This document shows positions 40,101 through 51,567 of a stretch of DNA of 64,000 bases, piece after piece (positions within the stretch are counted from its first letter, which is position 1; each line of letters starts with the position of its first letter). The stretch is from Takakia lepidozioides. Lineage: Eukaryota; Plantae; Bryophyta. The notes under the pieces are model-generated. The model was not told the DNA's origin. It worked only from the letters and a program-made list of their open reading frames with translations, and did no database searches. The stretch covers positions 3,844,001 to 3,908,000 of the forward strand of contig CM060733.1 of NCBI GenBank assembly GCA_030704615.1, read 5' to 3'. The position numbers and the translations under genes were made by a program.

Positions 40101-42419
40101 TTGATTCCAGCACTGCTGCTCCGGTCCTCTAGCCGGAGGCAGAGATGGCCAAGGTACCTGTGGTAGCTCTACCAGTCACACTGTTAAAGGGAAAAGGCAT
40201 CTATAGAGAGAGGGGGAGAGGTATTGCTGTTGATACCCAAAACGGCACTCCTCCAGCCATGGCTTGGGTGTTTGTCTTACGTACGTAACTGACCAGTGCA
40301 GGGGGAGCATGGAGATAAGAAAGTAGTGCAGCACTGTCTAGAATTTGATGAAGAACAGGTTCAAGAGGACTTGGTCCTGGACACAGTGGGTGCTGTGTGT
40401 GTGGATGCTGGAGGCAACATGGCTGCTGGTGTCTCGAGCGGTGGCATCGCTATGAAAGTGAGTCTTGTCTGATAGTTTGAGGAAGTAAGCTTACATCTAC
40501 TTTGAGTTACCAATCTATACTCGATTTGGTCTGGGGTTGCTGACCTCTTTTTCTCCTCTGGATCCCCTGCGTTTCTGTTTTGTTCAGGTCCTAGAACTTT
40601 GTGTCTCTCTGGCACCAATCTTTTTATTTCTGCTGGACTAGTATTTTTAAAACCTGAAATTCATGTTTCCCACTAATTGTTGCCTGATATCATGATCCTC
40701 TTTCAGGAGCTGAGATAGTGCAGATATTTGGGCCAGGTGAGTGGACGTGTAGGTGTGGCAGCAGCATATGGTTGTGGCTGCTGGGCAAGCCCAAAAATAA
40801 GCCCAGCTGGTGTTTCAGTTGGCTGTACTGTCACCGGTGCAGGAGAACAGATAATGAGGGGACTAGCTGCCCGCGAGTGCTGTCTCTCAGCCTCAATGTA
40901 TACATCACTCACATTTCTGTGACAGTCCTAAGTTGCAAGCAGATATGTATGCTGAGAGCCTATGTATGCTGACAGTCACTAAGCCAAGGTGCAAACCTTT
41001 TTTCACCTTGGCTGTGCAATACCCATTTCTCCACGGTGCATAAGCTCTTCGGCTTCCTCTGGATAGTATAAACTGCTATTTTCTTCGTCAAATCATCTGC
41101 TAGCAACTCGCTAGCTACTAACTCTTCACAGCTCTAGCGATGCCCTTTTTTTTCCCTAGTGATGGACATGTATATCAGCTTGGATTGTTTGACTACTGTA
41201 GGTCGCAAGCCGGGCCTGGACCTGCTTGTGAAGAAGTGCTGAACTTTCTGCTGGACAGAAATGATGGCTTTGGTGGTAGTGGTGATGCGGGTGTATTGCT
41301 CTTACAAGCTGAGACCTCTGCACATGTATGTGGCTTCTCTCTCTCTCCCCCTCTCCCATGGGCTCTCGGGGCCCCCTGTCCATCTTACAGAGTTTAGTCT
41401 TTCTTTCTCTGTCTCCCTCATGTATGTGTCCGGCTCCCCTGGATCTAACACATTTCTTTCATTTTTCCCTCTCTCCCAATGTTGTGTCCCCTGGGCCCTA
41501 TAGCCCTCCTACAGATGTAGTAAATTTCTCGTTCTTTCTCTCTCTCTCTCTCTCGGTGGTCTCTGATCCAAGAAAATTTATCATCTATCTTGTACTGCCC
41601 TTGTCGAATTCTACTGAAGGTTGGTTGTATCAGCGGTTAGGAGCTGCCCACAACACAGGTGTGGAATCTACTTTCTCAACAGAAAAGAACTTTTAGAAGG
41701 GCCTACGTGTTCAGAATCAGGATCATTGAAGTACACTAGGGCTTTTCTTCCTAGATGACAGTCTGATTGTTGGGAAGTAACAGGTCTGTCTGTGTTTTCA
41801 ACAGAATGGATGTGAGAGGCCAAATTTAGGCACAGTGGAGTTAGTAGCAGCTTTTACTTCACCGTCATTTGGAATTGGCTACTTGGGGAACTACATGGAC
41901 CGGCCAAAGGTGATATTCCCCATTAAGGCCTTCATTCTACTGGTTTCCAACATCATATCACTTGTTTTTACATCGTCTATCAGTCCATCTTTGTTTTGGA
42001 GACACGTGTTTGCAGTTTGTTTAATGTGTGTGACACAGATGACCACTGGAAAAAAGATAGCAAGGCATTCAAGAATGTACATCGTGACCAAGAGTTCAAA
42101 GTTCAATTGCTCTTGTTCAGACTTCTCCTTCGTAGGCTCCACATGGAATTCTTGATAGGTGCGTTGTTAGTAAAGGTCCTTATTGGGCTCTGTACACATT
42201 ATACTTCTTGATTGCCAGAGATATGACAACCCTTTGTAGCCTTTATTTGAGTGGACATAGCATTAGTCCAAAGTTCAGGGTGGGTGTACTGAAAGGTTGA
42301 GATGTAATGAGGGGGGGGGGATGGGGGTCTGCACCTTGCAGACGATGATTTTGAGGCGGCCAATTCATGCTGGAGTTGGGAAGGTTAGCCTTTTCGCTGC
42401 TCACCATGTTCTTTCTTGA
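37108..42419 (+). CDS. TASP1: Threonine aspartase (taspase-1-like, type 2 asparaginase family), multi-exon
   Basis: Exons encode FIAVHVGAG (37108-37248), [46 protein letters not shown]|[32 protein letters not shown] (nucleophile Thr, about 40302-40457), [24 protein letters not shown] (40737-40897), DAGVLLL (41202-41325), SFGIGY (41805-41909) and a last exon TMILRR..* (42342-42419). Linker exons at 39.2-40.3 kb are not resolved. Confidence 0.9.
39280..39750 (-). mobile_element. Short LINE 3' fragment of the same family with a tandemly duplicated ~80-bp terminus, in a taspase intron
   Basis: Two copies of GAGAATGTACT.AT.AGATGTTGTTTGCTGTAGCCTTGTGGCCA (about 39285 and 39366), then sequence matching 22300-22560 and 34600-34860. 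GA-rich flanks on both sides. Confidence 0.8.
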
Positions 42420-42830
42420 AGAAATTGGTCTTCAGGAATGAGTGATGAGTATGGCTATACATTTCATCGGGTTTGAACTTGACTATTTTATATTTGCATT
42501 CTGGAGGTAGTTGGAGCTGTTTTGCTTTAGGCAAAAGACCAATGGTCTGTGGAGACTGTCTCGGGGAATTGTGAGATATATTGTCCCTCTTTCAAGGGCA
42601 AAGTGCTCTCCTGATGGGGCTAGAACCATTGTTTTAGATATCAGAACTGAGTTCTGGTCTCAACGATACCATCCAAACAATTTTTTGCTTATTTGCTTCA
42701 CTGTCAGAGTACCAAACCTTCCGCAAATGTGATGGTTCATTGAATTTCTTCTCTTTATGTCTGTAACAGAAACCTACACATAGCATGCAGCACTAAAACC
42801 AATTAGAGAGCAGTTTCATCCAAACACTTA

Positions 42831-43696
42831 CCATCCCTTACCTACCGATTGGGCATTTTTGCACCTGATAATTATTAAAAACCAAACAGACTGCTTAGGC
42901 ACGTTTCTCAAACCATTTTTCACATTAGGCATCTTCTGCTATAAGTTTTTTGAATTAGGCACATGAGAAGAGAAAACATTTATTTTCTTAAGAATAAAAA
43001 TACAAAATAGGAACCCAATGCCCATGGGCCCTTTGTCCCATGCCAAGAGGCCCAGCTCAAATCTCCTCCAAGCTTGGAGGCTCCAATTACCCTTCATGTC
43101 CGTGCAAACCCTAAAAATGCACTTTTTTGCTGTACAAGGCTCAAGCTGGTACATTGCTCAGCAAGTCACTGGTGGTAAGCAAGAACTTCCTTGATTTCAT
43201 TAATGGTATGCGCTGGTATAGTGCGCTTGGAATAGTGGTAAGCTGCAAGCTCTCAGGATATCCCTAATATCTACCTTGATCTTAGTGTAGAGGAAACTAT
43301 GCGTAGATGTCTTGCAAATTTGCATATTGAAAATGAGGATATCCCTGATGACGACGAGGTAGATGGAGAGATCATGATGATTAGCGAGGAGGATGACAAT
43401 GATGACATTGTCGAGTCCATGCATGGCCTTTTGAAGTTACATGGAGCTCTCGCAAATCGATTGGGATTTGTAGGAAGTTATTTCCGCACACATATATTTG
43501 TATTGATTTTTGTTCAATGAAATTTTCCTCTTATTACAAACAACATGAGAAGAGGCTGAGTGAAAGTTTTTTGCTGGAATTTTTAAGCATTAGGCACTTT
43601 GGTCCCATAATTTCCGTGCAATTAGGCCAAAATTTGAAAAATTCCCAAAACACGTTAGGCACTTTCAATTTGAATTAATTATCGCCTAAGGGACGG
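42831..43696. mobile_element. Tc1/mariner (pogo-like) non-autonomous element
   Basis: TA-flanked inverted ends TA|CCATCCCTTA ... TAAGGGACGG|TA, repeated TTAGGCA subterminal motifs, and an acidic ORF remnant at 43299-43520. Confidence 0.55.
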
Positions 43697-44019
43697 TATT
43701 ATGAACATCCAGGTACACAGATTTGCACACAAAAACACACTGCCAAGAGTCTAAGCTCCCTTGGATTAAATAAGAGAGAGTGGGCTAATCTTAGTGGTTG
43801 CTCGATAACCAGCATGTAGCCCAGTGGTACTGGGCACATACCACGTTGGATGTGGTTGTGGGTTCAAACCACACTAACCGTGCCCTCCCCCACCCCTCGC
43901 CATTTAAATCGATGTCTTGTCATATGATTTTTCAAACCCCAGTTTGACGAATTCAAGACGAATGTATCCCCAAAGGGATCCTTTTGTCGGAAGGTCTGGT
44001 GTGTCATGAAGGTGTCCAC

Positions 44020-44892
44020 CAGTGTTGGGCGGTTACCCGCCTGGCCCCGGGTAACCGCCGGTTCCGGTTATGTGGAACCGGACCCGCCTGTGCAGAACCG
44101 GAACCGGAACCGCTCATTGGGGATTGTGTGGGAACCGGAACCGGCGGTTCCAGCTCCAAAGCGGGGTTCCGGTTCCGTTTCCGGTCCACCCGTGGGCTGT
44201 AGCCCTAAATGGGGCTGTAGCCCTGAATGTCTCTAGTACCTACCAAAGCGCTTCTAAGTCTGGTTCTTGGTTCTTGACCCCTTGGTGGGGCTGGTGGGCC
44301 CAGGGAAAAACTTATTTAATGCTCTTAAGCTCCTGAGATCCTGGGTTCAATGCTTGAAGGCCATGAGATTCTATGTTCAATGCTTCAGCGCCATGAGATC
44401 TTGGGTTCAATCTCCAGCTCCATGATATCCTGGCTAAGTTCATTAATAAAATGTTTGAAGATGCCAATACTTGCCAGGTAGCTGAATAGTACTTTCAACC
44501 CATAAAATTTTACCCATTTTCTTCTACCAATTTATTTAGAGTATTTTTGTTTGTTTTTTTGTGTTAGTGAAAACTAACAAAATCGTTGGATTTTAGTTCA
44601 AATATGTGAATACACTGCTATTTAATCTACCGGACTGATAAAATATTTTAAATATAATTAAATTAAACAAATATATTTTTAAAATAGAACCGGAACCTAA
44701 CCGGAACCGATGGTTTTTATCAGCAACTAACCGGTAACCGGAACCGCCCCCATGTTTAAAAGTTGGATCCGGAACCGGACCGGAACCGGCTCAATAAAAA
44801 AAAACCGGAACCAGATCCGGAACCGTCTCTTGAAATAATTTTGGAACCGGAACCGAAGGTTCCTTCACAAATGCAAGAACCGCCCAACACTG
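44020..44892. mobile_element. Non-autonomous hAT element (MITE), 873 bp
   Basis: Perfect 15-bp TIRs CAGTGTTGGGCGGTT / AACCGCCCAACACTG, 8-bp TSD GTGTCCAC (44012-44019 and 44893-44900), and many GGAACC/GGTTCC subterminal repeats. Confidence 0.93.
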
Positions 44893-44945
44893 GTGTCCAC
44901 CTTCCATAAGTTACACTTCCTTTGGGAGGCGTCATACTTTACTTT

Positions 44946-46749
44946 GGCACGCTTCACACCACCCATTATCTATTGTGGAAGTAGTTAAAACAGATTGAAG
45001 CTACCGCAATTGTTTTGGTCGTAAAATATATTGTGATTCACACTCGCCATAGTTTTTGGCCTAAAGTTGGATTAATGCAAAATTCTTAGGACTCCCGCAT
45101 TTGGGTGTTCACACTAGGGTTAGGACCAATTTACTCATTTTTATCTTTTTCACCTTCTTCTGCATAGCGGAGGTTTTCTTGGTTGCTCCCTCGAGGCCTA
45201 TCGCGATACAGACTGTTTTCTTCATCAATCTGTTGTGGCTGGATTATTCATGCGATTTGAGACATGGGTACTGAAGATCTTCCTCTGCCACCACATTTCT
45301 GCCTCTTATTCGCACTCGCCCTCTACAAAACACAGAAGATGTTTTTTCGGCCCTCTGAAGATGATTTCTATTTCCCTGTCCGTGGTTTTCTTCCTACTGA
45401 TGAGCAAGAATGTACATCTACATGCGTGCCTGCAGCAGTTGCTGTACAGGATGTAATGCTACGCTCTGCCGCAAACTGGAGCTGCCTATGCATGGCAACT
45501 TAGCCTATTGGCTGCACACAGAACAATTGATATGTGCAATTCATTTGAGGAGAATATACATAACACTGTCCAGACTCCACGTTAACATTTGTTGTACACT
45601 CTTTGTAATTTCTTAAGCTACTTTCACTGTTAGAGTGCCATGATAGGTACCAGTTGGTTGAATTTAGTGAAGTTATAGGCTCCATAACTTGGCTAAAATG
45701 TTGCAATTCAGTCTGACGAGTTTGGGATCAAAGCTAGACAATGTCTTAGAGGGAAAATCACAGCAATTGTTTACTTCAACAATTAAGTTAAACGGTTGAT
45801 TGTCATCTCTGTGAAAGAAGACCACAAATCAAATTGTACATGTGAAACTATGCAAAATTGCTCATCACATTATGTTTGCATCAACAATTAAACAGTTTAA
45901 TTTCTTGCCATCTCTCTGGGAGAAGACCATAGCTCAGATTACACATATGAAACTCTGCGAAAATGATCTATCTCAATATGTTTGCATGTCCAATTAATTA
46001 GCAATTTGTTGTCATCTCTTTTGAGACCACAACTCATATTGTACATACATTTCCTTAGAAAAATTGATCATCTCACATTCTCAGAAGTACCTTTCTAGCG
46101 ATCATCTTGATAGTAGAAGAATCTATGAACACGGATCGTACTGTAACATTTATCTCATATAAATAGTGGCACAGGATAGAGTTCCTATTGTAGAATGAGG
46201 TCGGTAGTGGAAAATATAAACCATCATGTTCATCATTTGAAGAAATCCGGTTTAAAGAAATCTGGAGTAAGACAAAGCACCCTGCATACCGAGCGTGATC
46301 GGATACGGCGAAGACGACGACCTTAACCTCAACCTCAAGAACGTGATCCCAAATGCTTGATCTCGAAACGTCGAATAGTTGCACAATGACGAGCAGATCC
46401 TCGGTCTCTCTCTTCGCTACTCTTTGTGCTTCAACGCAGATGCAAAACGAATCACTTCCGAGTTTTAAAAGAAATGTAATTACTGTTGCATGATCATGGT
46501 CTACCTATAGTTTACCAAGGAAAAAGTGAAAGAAAATCATCTTTATGGTAAAACAGTCCTAACGACAGCTTCTACGGTTCCTAAACCACCCTTCTTGGGG
46601 GTTCTAGCTAAAGTCGATTTTAGAGGTTTTAACACCAGGATTTATAGGCTAACAAGAAATTTTGAAGTAGAGACGAAAAATCGTGGTGTGAACTCTGTTT
46701 GCAAAAAGTATCGTTACCACGTCAGATAAGGGGTGGTGTGAAACGTGCC
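44946..46749. mobile_element. Non-autonomous TIR element, probably PIF/Harbinger-like, 1.8 kb
   Basis: TIRs GGCACGCTTCACACCACCCATTATCT / AGATAAGGGGTGGTGTGAAACGTGCC (24/26 match). Three internal ~105-bp degenerate tandem repeats at about 45790-46075. No clean TSD. Confidence 0.7.
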
Positions 46750-47132
46750 TATATTTTAGTGGTTGCTCTCATTGGCTTGTCAGATTACAAGACCTCAAAA
46801 ACCACACATCAGCTCCAGCCTGTCTTATCATATTATTGTTGACATAGTTCATGCTTCTTCAGCTGCTTCCTGCTCTTCATCCAGAATCTGAGACAAGAGA
46901 ATACATATGGGCGTTAGTGGAATCCAGGGCCCCACAGTGCACAGAGGTATATTTCCTTGGGTACACAGTCCGATAAGGCTGACTTTCTCAGCGTGCAGAG
47001 CTTTGGCACCAGGGCACGATAGCAAGACAGTCGAAGCACGCTCAGCCGCTGTAATAGCCATTAATGATGCCTGTTTCTCGCAGAGACTAGAGCTGATTTC
47101 TGAGCTGGTCTCTGAACTCATGGGCAACAACA

Positions 47133-50100
47133 ATGGGTAGGGAAGGAAGGCTGCATCCAGGATGTGGAGTGGGCACACAGAAATTGTTGTGGGCGACTAT
47201 GCTAGTATCTATGGCGTGGTGTAGTAGGACGATACACACTGTGCATGCTGCCCCGGTTCTAGGCCCGGACTTTACCAGGTCTATAATTGTCAACGATCTT
47301 CCGGCCTCCGAGAGACACACAATCAACTTCCAATTCAACAAAGACTTGCCTATGCGGGTAAGGCGATCTACACACAAGCTGGATCAGGCGTACATATGGA
47401 AGCTCAATCGAGCATATGAACTGATGAGAGCACTTCCAGATGATGACCCCCGATCGTTCCTTCGTCAGGCCAAGCTGCACTGTGCCTACCGTTCAGTTCA
47501 CAGGCAAGCATTCTTAAAACTTCCCCACGGCAGTAGTTTCTCTTTCCCTCAATTTCCTCAACGCGTTTCTCTGAATCGGGCGTCTCGACCCTGATAGTCG
47601 TTCAGTCCCACTCTTCTATCCTCTCTTTCGCTCAATCTCCTGAACAGGTTGATCTTGCGGTATAATCGCAGTACAAAGTACATCAGATGGGAAAGGATGT
47701 GGAACCACTATCTCTATGTGAACATTTCCCTATCCTCCGGGCATTTTAGTCTAGCCTCCTGAAATATCATTTGGTCCAATGTTTGGCTGTTTCGTTCAGA
47801 GTATCAATTGACTCAAATACGTGTAGAAACATATTCGTCCTCATGGGCTTTCTTTCTTCGTATCACGTCTGATGCCCTTCTAGGCGATCTTACAAGTATT
47901 CTCACGTCGTGCTTTCTCACTTGATCCGTGATACCCATCCGTATGCTACTTAAACAAGACCAAAACGTCCATGTGAATACGTTCATCACACTTCTTGATG
48001 TATCTAGGTTGCGCACAATTCTATTTCTTTCATGGGGCTCAGCTTCAAAAAAATTGTCCTCCTTGCAGTCGGTAGCCAGCCCTAGCCATCACACAGTTGG
48101 TGGAATACTCTTCTCCCCAGTCTCCTGCCTTGTAGCGAGAGGAGACAGACCTCTAACGTACTCAAATGTAAGCACACTAGCAATGAGGAATGAAAGTGCA
48201 GATTCTACTTCAACAGGGAAGATCTGATCTGAACTATATATGCACAGCTCTCCAAGACATCATTCAGCTTACTGCTAGAGATGTACGTTATTGCCACGAT
48301 TTGTTGAGTTGAAACTTGAAACTTCAAATGATCTAACATTGGATCCGACTCGACTGCTGGTTATTGCAGGCAAGTGAACTCCACGGAGCTGTTGGAAGTC
48401 CACAGGAACTGGCTGCAGCTGCCCTTCCATCGCTGGTTCGTGTATTTTCACGAGCGCATACTCGCAAGGCTGTTGGGCGACGACACCTTCGCGCTGCCCT
48501 TCTGGCAGTGGGACAACCAGCGCGACGTCGACCCGCCGTCTAACGTGCTGCCCTCCATGTACGTCGACCGCCGAAACGTCGGGCTGTTCGACGAAAGACG
48601 CAGCCCGGCCCACCAGCCCCCCGCCATTATCGACCTCTCCTACTGGCCCCCCTCCGACCCGGCGGCCACAGTCGCCAGCCCGGAGGAGCAGCGGGCGATC
48701 AATAGAAACGTGGTGTACACCGCCGTAGTGAGCGGCGTTCCCACCCAGCTCCTGTTTCTCGGGGGACCTTACCGCGGCAGCGACGAACCTCCTTATAGCG
48801 CTTCCCTCTTCGAGATGCACCCCCATGCTGGCGTCGAATAAATGGATAGGTTCTAAAACGAACATTTCACTCGCTTCCTTGCAAACAATCCATGCTTTTC
48901 TTTCGAAAGAGTTCATCAACATACATCTACAGTGAACGTGAGAGGAGTTGCGAGATATAGAAGGCAAGAGTTGTACGAGCTGGAATCCTCTGCTTCTGTG
49001 ATGTGAGGTTAGGCGTCGAGTGAAATCAATGTCTAATGGAGAGCTGATGTTTATAAGCCTTGGAACCCATGCATGCAATTTGTTTCGAGATACTAGATTT
49101 TCAAAAGTAATTTTTGACTGAGGAGTATTGGCACAGCACTCGTAGGTTCAGATGGCTCCAGGGTGTCCCTAATTCAACCAAGTCATTTCAGACCTGTCTG
49201 GTTCCCTATACGCCTCTTTCTAGCTCTTGGGAGCCTTCATAAATTCAATGACATTGGTCACGTAAGGGGATATAGTGCAAGCTGTTGTAGCCGAAAGCTG
49301 TGGCGATTTCAGCTTTGATTTCTGTGTACATGTGGGAGTAGGAGATGAGAGGGAGCCAGAGGGTGAGGACATGGCCCTAGCCGTTGCTGCAGCAAGAGAT
49401 CCCATTTTCTTTGCACATCACACCAATGTGGACCGTTTGTGGGATCTCTGGAAGAACCTGCCAGGAGGTCAACGGGGCGACCCTACTGACCCAGACTGGC
49501 TCAATTCGGAGTTTGCCTTCTACGATGAAAACGCCGATCTTGTTCGCGTGAAGGTTGGTTTTCCGCCTCCCCTCTCTTAGGGAACGTCTACAAAGTAGTC
49601 CTGAACAACTTTGGTCCAAATTTGGAATGGTCAAGTGACAGTGGAGACACTTGCTGATTTGTACAGGTACCAGACTGTCTTGATATGGAGAAATTTCGCT
49701 ACAAGTACGAAGAGGTAGAGAATGACTGGCTCTCGTTCAATTCTACCCCTCGGAGCTCCAAGCCAGCTCCAGATTCAGTGTCTTCAGATTGTGCCCCAAA
49801 GGCTTGGGAGCAACTCATGAGTGGCATAGCCAAACTTGCAAGGTTCATCGTCCCTTCATGGCAGACAGAGCTAACAACCAAGGATTGTGATTTGATTGCC
49901 ACACGAGGACCAGAAACTCTGCATATTAGAAACATTACTCTTGTAACTGGTGCAGTTTTCCAGGCTCACATCTGAAGGCCAGTGCCCATTACCATCCAAA
50001 CCATGGAGCCGGAAGCTTTTGGGTTGCAACCAGAAGGACCAGGATTTCAAGAAGAGGTCCTTGCCATTGAAGGCATAAGGATACCATCAGGTAAACTAGC

Positions 50101-50380
50101 AGGGTTTGTCTTGTTTTTGAATTTGCCCGAGGCCAATGAGCATACACCCTTAAGTTGTACAGAATATGCAGGCGCTTTCTATCCCTATCCCACTGTTGGA
50201 AATTCCCTAGAAAACACTCCTAGCCGTGATCCTTCCTTCAAGGTATGCATCAGCTCAAAGCTGAAGCAGCTTGGCCTTGAGAAGGAGCCCATGATTCTTG
50301 TCAGTCTTGTGCCCAAAAGCAAGGAGAGTGATGAAACTGCCATCAGCATTCAATCCCTCCAGATAGAGCTTGCCCAATAA
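47133..50380 (+). pseudogene. PPO: Polyphenol oxidase (tyrosinase family) gene with disabling lesions
   Basis: Exons about 47133-47503 (GC donor), 48370-48849, 49342-49553, 49667-50380. Motifs LPDDDPRSF..HCAY, EVH..PFHRWFVYFHERIL..FALPFWQWD, AARDPIFFAHHTNVDRLW, DPDWL, EEVLAIEGI, EYAGAF. Premature TAA at 48839-48841 with an apparent 1-nt frameshift in the CuB PHxxVHxW motif, and an in-frame TGA at 49973-49975. Confidence 0.85.
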
Positions 50381-50796
50381 CGTGACAATCAAGTTGATAA
50401 AAATATTAACCTTTTCAAGCACGTGAATGCCCCCAAGGTGATTTAGGATTGGAATGTTGCTACCTAATTGTTGGGTTGAACCTCTGGTCACATAGAAGAT
50501 CCACACAGACTATATTTGATGCAATGGCTGATGGGGAGGGGACAGACTACAGCCAAATCTCACATCTCTTCTCTTGACTTTGCATATATGTACAAAATGT
50601 GCATATGTAATGCACAGGGCTTTTGCAGCAGAAGTTTCTTTTGTTTGGGAAATCAGTGTGCTTGTAAATTCAGTGACATAATGTTCAATTTGGCTGTCAC
50701 TCTTTCTTTATCCTTTTTCATTGCTTATACACGGATTGGTAACTAGCTGGTATTTGCCCTTGGAATACCATTCCAGTTGATACTGGATACTCGTCC

Positions 50797-51253
50797 TGTG
50801 AAGCCTTAAAACAAGCCTGAAGCATATACTCCTTTCCTCTCAAGAAGCAAGGTTTCACAACAAAGGGGCGAGCGGAAAGAGCAGGCAAACGCACGAGAGG
50901 AGGATCAAACACACGGATATGACACAAAGCAGCTCTCATCCAAAGCTTGTACACCAAAATCACATATACACTAACACCCGAGTACACTGCCCTGACCTTG
51001 TCTTTATACAAAAGCCCTAGCTTTAGTTGCCCGCTGCGTGACGAGGCGTCACAAGCCAAAACCCACGTCGCCGTTTAGTTACCCTAGATCTGATGAAGGG
51101 CTAGGATCGAGCCACAAGCCAAAACTACCCCTAACCTAGATATCATTGTAATGGTTTAACGGCTTTATACGCCAAAAAATTGTACTATGGATGTGTATCG
51201 CCGTTTTGGATGAAACGGGCCATTTCTAGGCTAAGCAATTATGGGCCATCACA
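50797..51253 (-). repeat. 457-bp LTR-like / terminal unit bounded by TGTGA...TCACA
   Basis: Starts TGTGAAGCC and ends GGCCATCACA (inverted ends). TATA-like TTTTGTATAAAGA on the minus strand near 51005. A G-rich PPT-like tract (GGGGGGTAG on the minus strand) lies at about 51264-51272, between it and the integrase. No second copy or TSD found. Confidence 0.5.
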
Positions 51254-51567
51254 TCTGTGAAGCCTACCCCCCACGAAAAATCATGAGCTCCACGAAGGAA
51301 AACAAATAATAAGGAAATAACACCCTCCATTGCTGGGTGAAAAACCTACCAAGGGAAAACTTGGCACCTGCAGTTTGGGCCGAGGACAAAACCCTTGGCT
51401 AGGAAAATTGTGCAAGGAGTACAAATGGTGAATACCATGAAACTAAAATGTTTCTAAGTCCTAGAGAGGTCAAGTCCTAGGACCCCAAGAGTCACCATCC
51501 GCAAGCTAAGACTAAGCCGCTAAGAAGAGGATCAAGCTAAAGTAGATCGGCTAAGAAGATCAAGACG

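Larger units (their letters stand above)
43804..46755 (+). mobile_element. tRNA-derived SINE-like element hosting the two MITEs
   Basis: 13-bp direct repeat TTAGTGGTTGCTC at 43791-43803 and 46756-46768. Head with A-box TAGCCCAGTGGT (about 43817) and B-box GGTTCAAACC (43861). The body is about 270 bp after removing the nested insertions. Confidence 0.65.

Noticed and set aside
43812-43883. tRNA gene
   Set aside because: A and B boxes are present but there is no proper cloverleaf or anticodon arm. It sits at the head of a TSD-flanked element, so it was treated as a SINE.
44040-44880. Regularly recurring GGAACC repeats resembling an array/CRISPR
   Set aside because: They are subterminal repeats of an hAT MITE with TIRs and an 8-bp TSD. 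There is no repeat-spacer periodicity and the context is eukaryotic.
48839-49975. PPO stop codons repaired by U-to-C RNA editing
   Set aside because: Reverse editing is organellar. This is a spliced nuclear gene and one lesion is a frameshift.
51089-51125. CTGATGAAG, possible Penelope-type hammerhead
   Set aside because: No GAAA core or closing helices.
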